From the human T2T-CHM13v2.0 reference genome, Homo sapiens: a stretch of 64,000 bases of DNA. The position numbers were made by a program, and so were the translations under genes. Where the stretch lies: the NCBI RefSeq assembly GCF_009914755.1, contig NC_060927.1, one strand, 5' to 3'. Under the pieces are notes generated by a model. That model was given only the letters and a program-made list of their open reading frames with translations. It did no database searches and was not told where the DNA came from. Of the stretch, positions 54,941 to 64,000 are shown piece by piece (within the stretch, counting starts at the first letter, position 1; every line of letters begins with the position of its first letter).

Positions 54941-55121
54941 GAGCCAGCCACTCTGACCACCGGAGAGACACTAGCCATTTCCAAGTTGTATTTTTGAAAC
55001 CAATGCCATTTCTTTGTCCAGATATCAAACATTTAATAATCCACGGAAATAAAAATCTTTAATAAGATAAGAACCTGAAATTTCATACTAAGAGTAGGTA
55101 GGCAGTTTCTCCTAACAATGA

Positions 55122-55435
<314 letters not shown>

Positions 55436-55600
55436 CAAATATTATTTTTAATGAGACAGAGCAGCTTGCTATTTAGAAGAGCTGTTTGGTGGAACATTTT
55501 TTCATTAAAAAATGATGAGAGCTTCATGTTAAAATGATGTTTTGAATGTACGCCTTAATCTCTCTATCTCTAAATGTCACTTAAGAAGTAATGAGAAATT

Positions 55601-55890
55601 GGCCAGGCGCAGTGGCTCATGCCTGTAACCCCATAACTTTGGGAGGCCAAGGTGGGTGAATTGCTTGATTCCAGGAGTTTGAGACCAGCCTGGGCAACAG
55701 GAAGAAACCCTGTCTCTACAAAAAATACAAAAATTTAGCTGGGCCCTGTGGCGCTTGTAGTCCCAGCTACTCAGGAGGCAGAAGTGGGAGGATCGCTTGA
55801 GCTGGGGAGATTGAAGCTGCAATGGACTGTAATCACACTACCACACTCCAGACCTGGGCGACAGAGACCTTGTCTCAAAAAAAAAAAAAA
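55601..55890 (+). mobile_element. AluJ
   Basis: Full dimer with J diagnostics. Confidence 0.9.
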
Positions 55891-57829
55891 AGTAGAAATT
55901 AAACAAAATGCATAATGCCATAATGACAGAGAGTGAGAAAGCAGTCAACAACAAAATTTCAGAAGCCGGAAACCAGAGGGAAGAGTATCTGACTTAGAAG
56001 GCCTGAGGAAGCTGAATTCTAAGTCATCAGGAAAGCCAAGAAATATCCTGATTTTATATTGAAGATCTCTATAAAGTCTCAAGAATTGGTAGCACTAGGT
56101 ACCTCTGGAAGCGTAGGTGGAGGGCTAAACTGTTGGTTAAATGTCTGTATAGGAAATAATTGGACCTCTGATTCCTTCCCCTACTCTACATAGTGGGTGC
56201 TGCCCTCTGAAAAAGACTAGAGGCGGGTTCTCACCAGAATAAAAAGAGGGTCAGCATTAAAGGAACACGGGAAATCCAGGGCAGGTGTATCATCCAGCAC
56301 ATAGGGCAACTAAGTGAAAGCTCACAAATGATAGGTTGAAATCACCAATTTTTTTTGCCCATCCAGCATCCTGAATACTTGAAACCAGGTTATATCCTTC
56401 AGGTATGAGATGAAAGACTAGTCTCTGGGTCAGCTGAACAGCCCGAGAGAGAAGATAAAAGGATATTGATATTAGAGGTCCCCAGCCAGATCATCCTGCA
56501 GTGAAAACCAGTTGAAAAGGCCTCCTGCTTCCTGAACTTCAAGTCAGTTGTTAAGGCCTCTCTCTCTCTAAGAGACAGGGTCTCTCACTTTGTCACCCAG
56601 TCTGGAGTGCAGTGGCACAATCGTGGCTCACTACAGCCTTGACCTCCCAGGCTCAAGCAATCCTCCTACCTCAGCCTCCTGTGTAGCTGTGACTACAGGC
56701 ACATGCCACCATGTCCAGCTAATTTTTTTTGTTTTAATTTTTGTAGAGACAAGTTCTTGTTAGGTTGCCCAGGCTGGGCTTAAACTCTTGGTCTCAAGTC
56801 ATCCTCTCACTTTGGCCTTCCAAAGTCTTGGGGTTACAGGCGTGAGCCATCGTGCCTGGTCAAGGCTGCTCTTTTAAACATATACAGACAGCAAAAGATC
56901 ACCAGGTATTGGTGGAAAGTCTCTAATGTCAAACAGTCCATAACAAACAAACAGAAAGGAAAAAGTAACTTGGATGCAAGAGACCGTACATGGAGAATAA
57001 AGCCTTTTTCTAAAAAACCTGAAATAATCATTAATAGCCTCACAGAGACAAAATATTACATCTATGAAATAGAGATAGGATACTATAAAAAGAGTGAAAG
57101 CCTTCATAAATTAAAAACATGAAAGCATAAATGAAAAACTCAATAGAAGGATTAGAAAACTAAGATGGAGAAATCTTCCAGAAAGTAGAACAAAAAAGCA
57201 AAGGGATAGAAAATAGGGAAGAAAATATTTTTCAAAAAATAGAGGACAAGTTGTGGAAATCTAATATCCAAACAATAGGAGTTCCAGAAAGAAAATGGAG
57301 GAGAAGAAATCATAGAAGGAATAGTTTAAGAAATTTTCTTTGAATTCAAAGATATACATTTCTAGACCAAAAGTGTCTACTAAATGCCCAGTACAATGAA
57401 CAAAACTGGATTCATGCCAGGCACATCATTGTGAAATTTCAGAATGATGGAAACGAGAAGGGCTAAGGGAAAGTTGCATCCTCAGTGTAGGCAGGTGCCA
57501 CCGAGTCAGCGGGAGCCCAGATACAACAAGAAGGCAGAGAAAAGGTGAATTTTGCTTTCTCTTGGAGCTGGGACTCCCTTCCTCTGTTGGACATCAGAAC
57601 TCCAGGTTCTCCAGCCTTTGGACTCCAGGACTTGTACCAGCAGCCCCCAGGTTCTCAGGCCTCTGGCCTAGGACTGAGAGTTACACCATCAGTTTCCCTG
57701 TCTCTGACATCTTTGGACTTGAACTGAGCCATGTTACTGGCCTCCCTGGTTCTCCAACTTAAAGACAGCAGCCTGTCATGAGACTTCTCAGCCTCTGTAG
57801 TCATATGAGCCAATTCTGCTAAAAAATCC

Positions 57830-57830
<1 letters not shown>

Positions 57831-57882
<52 letters not shown>

Positions 57883-57893
57883 ATCTATCTATC
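57831..57893. repeat. (TATC)13 ATC (TATC)2 tetranucleotide STR within MLT2
   Basis: Direct count. Confidence 0.95.
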
Positions 57894-58065
57894 TTATTGC
57901 TTCTATCTTTCTGGAGAACCCTGACTAATACAGAGAAAAACTGATTTCATTCAAAGAAACAGGAATCAGAATCAGAATGCGTTGAGTTTCACAATGACTA
58001 AGTTGGAAACAACATGACAATGGCACAGTGCTTTCAAAATTGAGAGATGATATTTTTCCACCTAA

Positions 58066-58459
<394 letters not shown>

Positions 58460-59214
58460 TATGCGCTCTTTCTTAGAAAAGGAGAGAAAGAACTTGTTTC
58501 ACCAAAATGATTGAGAAAGCTGAGAAAGAAAAGAATATGGGATTCAAAACAGAGGAAATCTGAATCTAGAAAGAGGTGAAAGAACTCCCAGATTGGATCA
58601 GATCTATGAGCGGCTTCTTTAAGAAAATTAAATTGACAGAATTCTTAGTGTGCTTGAACATATTAAGAGAAAATGTACACATTCAAGAGAGTTTAAATTG
58701 GTGTTTAGTACATAGAAACCTTAGCAAATGGGAAAAAAGAAGGCAATTATTAACTCCAGGGTAAACAAAAAGTTGTGAGGAGAAAGAAAAGGAATTGTAG
58801 TACTCATCATGGCTCACCTATAAATAGCATTTACAAAGTCAATATAAAGTAAATAATGAATATGGATCTAATCCAAACTACTATATACTATATCAGGAGG
58901 GCAGGAAACCAGGAAATGTATCTTCATGGATGTGTGCCTATATGATGGTGTTAAAGGAACAGAGAAATGTGCTAGAGCCTCACCTTCCACAGTGGGGAGT
59001 CAGTAGATGATGCCTGAGCTGCAAAATCAATAAATAACAATATAAGCATCTGTGAAAGGAATTACCAAAGGAATCAGTTGAAAGATTTGAAAATAGTTGC
59101 CTTAGGCTAGTGAGAAATAGGGTAGGGGTGGGAACTGCTTTTCTCAATGGCAAGCAGAGCTATTTGACTCTTTTTTTAAAAAATGCATCTAACTTTTTAA
59201 ATATTTAAAATTAT

Positions 59215-62200
59215 GCTTTATGATTTCAATAGTTTTTGGGGAGCAGGTGGTGTTTGGTTACATGGACAAGTCCTTTAGTGGTGATTTCTGAGATTTTGGT
59301 GTACCCATCACCCCAGCAGTGTACACTGCACACAATGTGTAGTCTTTTATCTCTCACTGACTTCCTACCCTTCCCCCCAAGTCCCCAGAGTTCATTATAT
59401 CGTTCTTATGCCTTTGTGTCCTCATAGCTTAGCTCCCATTTGTAAGTGAGAATATACAGTGTTTGGTTTTCCATTCCCAAGTTACTTCACTTAGAACAAT
59501 AATCTCCAACTCCATCCAGATTGCTATGAATCCCATTATTTCATTCATTTTTATGGCTGAGTAGTATTTCATATCCAATGGTATGTGTGTGTGTATATAT
59601 GTATATATATGTGTGTGTGTGTATATATACGTACATATGTGTGTGTGTATATATGTGTGTGCATATATATGTATATATATCCCTCACAGTTTCTTAATCC
59701 ACTCTTTGGTTGACAGGCATTTAGGCTGGTTTCATATTTTTGCAATTGCAAATTGTGTTGCTATAAATATGCATGTGCAAGTTTCCTTTTTATAAAATGA
59801 CTTATTTTCCTCTGGATAGATACCCAGTAGTGGGACTGTGGGATCAAATGGTAGTTCTGCTTTTAGTTCTTTAAGGAATCTCTATACTGTTTTCCATAAT
59901 GACCGTACTAGTTTAAATTCCCACCAGCAATGTAATTGCTCCCTTTTCACCACATCCATGCCAACATCTATTATTTTTTGATTTTTTAATTATGGCCATT
60001 CTTGCAAGAGTAAGGTGGCATTGCATTGTGGTTTTGATTTGCATTTCCCTGATAATTAGTGATGTTGAGTATTTTTCATAGGTTTGCTGGTCATTTGTAT
60101 ATCTTCTTTAGAGAATTGTCTATTCATGCTCTTAGCCCACTTTTTGGTGGGATTATTTGTTTTTTTCTTGCTGATTTGTTTCAGTTCCTTGTAGATTCTA
60201 TGTATTAGTCCTTTGCTGGATGCAGAGTTTGCGAAGATTTTCTCCCACTCTGTGGTTGTCTGTTAACTCTGCTGATTCTTTCTTTTGCTGTGCAGGAGAT
60301 TTTTAGTTTAATTAAGTCCCATCTATTTATCTTTGTTTTTGTTGCATTTGCTTTTGGGTTCTTAGTCATGAACTCTTTGCCTAAGCTAATGACTAGAAGG
60401 GTGTTTACGATGTTATCGTCTAGAATTTGTATGGTTTCAGGTCTTAGATTTAAGTCTTTGATCCATCTTGAGTTGATTTTTGTATAATCTAGGAGATGAG
60501 GATCCAGTTTCATTCTTCTGCATGTGGCTTGCCAATTATCCCAGCACCATTTGTTGAATAGGGTGTCCTTTCCCCACTTTATGTTTTTGTTTGTTTTGTC
60601 AAAGATCAGTTGGCTGTAAGTATTTGGCTTTATTTCTGGGTTGTCTATTCTGTTCCATTGGTTTACATGCCTGTTTTTATACCAGCACCATCCTGTTTTG
60701 GTAACTATAACCTTGTAGTATAGTTTGAAGTTGGGTAACATGATGCATCTGGATTTCTTCTTTTTGCTTAGTCTTGCTTTGGCCATGCAGACTCTTTTTT
60801 TGTTTCATATGAGTTTTAGAATTGTTTTTTCTAGTTCTGCAAAGCATGATGGTGGTATTTTGATGGGAATTGCATTGAATTTATAGATTACTTTTGGCAG
60901 CATGGTCATTTTCACAATATTGATTCTACCCACTCATAAGCATGGGATGTGTTTCCATTTGTTTGTGTCATCTATGATTTCTTTCAGCAGTGTTTTGTAG
61001 TTTTCCATGTAGAGGTCTTTCACCTCCTTGGTTATGTATATTCCTAAGTATTTTATTTTATTTTTGCAGCTGTTGTAAAAGGGGTTGAGTTCTTGATTTG
61101 ATTCTCAGCTTAGTCACTTTATAGCAGTGCTACTGATTTGTGTACACCGATTTTGTATCCTGAAGCTTTACTGAATTCATATATCAGATCTAGGAGCTTT
61201 TTGAATGAGTCTTTAGGGTGTTCTAGGTATATGATCATATCATCAGCAAACAGTGACAGTTTTACTTCCTCTTTACCAATTTGGATGCCCTTTATTTCTC
61301 TCTCTTGTCTGATAGCTCTGGCTAGGACTTCCAGTACTATATTGAATAGAAGTGATGAAAGTGGGCATCCTTGTCTTGTTCCAGTTCTCATGGGGAATGC
61401 TTTAAACTTTTCCCCGTTCAGTATAATGTTAGCTGTGGGTTTGTCAAAGATGGGTTTTATTACCTTAAGGTATGTCCCTTCTATGCTGAATTTGTTGAGA
61501 ATTTTAATCATAAAGGGATGCTGGATTTTGTCAAATGCTTTTTCTACATCTATTGAGATGATTATATAATTTTTGTTTTTAATTCTGTTTATGTGGTGTA
61601 TCACATTTATTGACTTGCGTATGTTAAACCAACTCTATATCCTTCATGTGAAACCCACTTGATCATGGTGGATTATCTTTTGTATATGCTGTTGGATCCA
61701 GTTATTTTGAATAACTGAATTCTAGTATTTTGTTGAGGATTTTTGCATCTATATTCATCAGGGGTATTGGTCTGTAGTTTTCTTTTTTTGTGTTATGTCC
61801 TTTCCTGGTTTTGGTATTAGGGTAATACTGGCTTCATAGAAGGACTTAGGGAGGACTCCCTCTTTCTCTATCTGTTGGAATAGTGTCAATATGATTGGTA
61901 CCAATTCTTCTTTGAGTGTCTGACAGAATTTAGCTGTGAATCCATCTGTCCTGGACTTTTTTTGTTGGCAATTTTTTTTTATTACTGTTTTAATCTCACT
62001 ACTCGTTATTGGTCTGTTCAGAGTTTCTATTTCTTCCTGATTTAATCTAGAAGGGTCGTATATTTCCGGGAATTATCCATCTCCTCTAGATTTTCTAGCT
62101 TATGTGCATAAAGATGTTCATAGTAGCCTTGAATGATCTTTTATATTTTTGTAGTATTGTTTGTAATATCTCCCATTTCATTTCTAACTGAGCTTATTTG

Positions 62201-64000
62201 GGTGATCTCTCTTCTTTTATTGGTTAATCTCACTAATGGTGTATTGGTTTTGTTTATCTTTTCAAAAAACCAGCTTTATCTTTCCAAAAACCAGCTTTTT
62301 GTTTCATTTATCTTTTGTATTGTTTTTGTTTGTTTGTTTCAATTTCATTCAGTTCTGCTCTGATCTTTGTTATTTCTTTTCTTCTGCTGGGTTTGGGTTT
62401 GGTTTGTTCTTGTTTCTCTAGTTCCTTAAAATGTGAGCTTAGATTGTCTATTTGTGCTCTTTCAGACTTTTTTGATGTGGACATTTAATGCTGTGAAGTT
62501 TCCTCTTAGTAGTGCTTTTGCTGTATCCCAGAGGTTTTGATAGGTTGTGCCACTATTATTGTTCAGTTCAAATAATTTTTTATTTTCCATTTTGATTTTA
62601 TTGTGACCCAAAGATCATTCAGGAGCAGACTATTTAATTTCTATGTATTTGTATAGTTTTGAGGGTTCCTTTTGGAGTTAATTTCCAATTTTATTCCACT
62701 GTGGTCTGAGGGAGTATTGAATATAATTTCTATTTTTTCAAATTTATTGAGACGTTTTGTGGCCTATCATATGGTCTATCTTGGAGCATGTTCCATCTGC
62801 TGATGAAAAGAATGTATATTCTGCAGTTCTTGGGTGGAATGTTCTGTAAATATCTGTTAGGTTCATTTTATCTAGGGTATAGTCCATTGTTTCTTTGTTG
62901 ACTTTCTGTCTTGATAATCTATCTAGTGCTGTCAGTGGAGTATTGAAGTCCCCTACTATTATTGTGTTGCCATCTATCTCATTTCTTAGGTCTAGTAGTA
63001 ATCGTTTTATAAATTTGGAATCTCCAGTTTTATAAATTTAGGATTGTGATATTTTCCTGTTGGACCAATACTTTTATCATTATACAATGTCCCTTTTTGT
63101 CTTTTTGCTTTAAAGTCTGCTTTGTCTGATATTAGAATAGTGACTCCTGCTCTCTTTTGGTTTCCATTTGCATGGAATGTCTTTTTCCACCCCTTGATTA
63201 AGTTTCTGTGAGTCCTTATGTGTTCAGTGAGTCCCTTGAAGACAGCAGATACTTGGTTGGTGGAGTCTTACTTGCCATTCTGTATCTTTTAAATGGAGCA
63301 TTCAGGCCATTTACATTCAATGTTTTTATTGAGATGTGAGGTACTGTTCTATTCATCATGCTAATTGTTGCCTAAATACCTTAGTTTTTTTTTTCTATTG
63401 TGTTATTGTTTTATAGGCCCTGTGAGATTTATGCTTTAAGGAGGTTCCATTTTGGTGTATTTCAAGATTTTGTTTCAAAATTTAGAACTTCATTTAGCAT
63501 TTCTTATGGTGCTAGCTTGGTAGTGGCAAATTCTCTCAACATTTATTTGCCTGAAAAAGACTTTATCTCTCCTTCATTTATGAAGCATAGTTTCCCTAGA
63601 TACAGAATTCTTGGCTGACAATTATTTTGTTTAAGGAGGCTACAGATAGGACCCCCATCCCTTCTGGCTTGTAGGGTTCCTGCTGAGAAATCTGCTGTTA
63701 ATCTGATAGGTTTTCATTTATAGGTTACCTGATGCTTTTGCCTCATGGCACTTAAGATTCTTTCCTTTGCCTTGACTTTAGATAATCTGATGACTACGTG
63801 CCTAGATGATGACATTTCATGATGAATTTCAGGGTGTTTTTTGAGCTTCTTGTATTTGGATGTCTATATCTCTAGCAAGACCAGGGAACTTTCATTTGAT
63901 TACTCCCTCAAATAAGTTTTCCAAACTTTTAGATTTCTCTTCTTTCTCAGAATACCAATTACTCTTATGTTTGGTCATTTAACATAATCCTAAGTTTCTT
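59215..64000 (-). mobile_element. L1PB LINE-1 (3' UTR, broken ORF2, 3' part of ORF1); runs off the window
   Basis: L1PB-type 3' end; RT motifs GTRQGCPLS and LFADDMI (61119-61604); EN start LNVNGLN near 63356. Confidence 0.96.

Noticed and set aside
60205-61604. Reverse transcriptase ORFs as an active or novel RT system
   Set aside because: Fragments of an old, multiply disrupted L1PB ORF2.

Overview
Human (primate) genomic DNA. No prokaryotic systems and no intact protein-coding gene are visible. About half the window is interspersed repeats: more than 20 Alus (J, S, Y and a young AluYa5), MIR/L2/L3, HAL1, L1PB, solo LTRs (LTR12, MER51, MST, MLT1/2, LTR33), a full THE1 nested in an AluJ, hAT DNA transposons, and a 13-copy VNTR. 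Main observation: the unique DNA between the repeats contains about 40 exon-like segments, all on the minus strand, from about 55.5 kb to about 1.6 kb. They have polypyrimidine-AG acceptors and GT donors, long runs join in compatible intron phases, and they translate into protein-like peptides interrupted by stops, frameshifts and some mutated splice dinucleotides. I interpret this as a large unprocessed, probably unitary, pseudogene of a gene I cannot name, ending in a triplicated exon-like module. The model was assembled by eye with freedom in choosing frames, so it needs cross-species confirmation.
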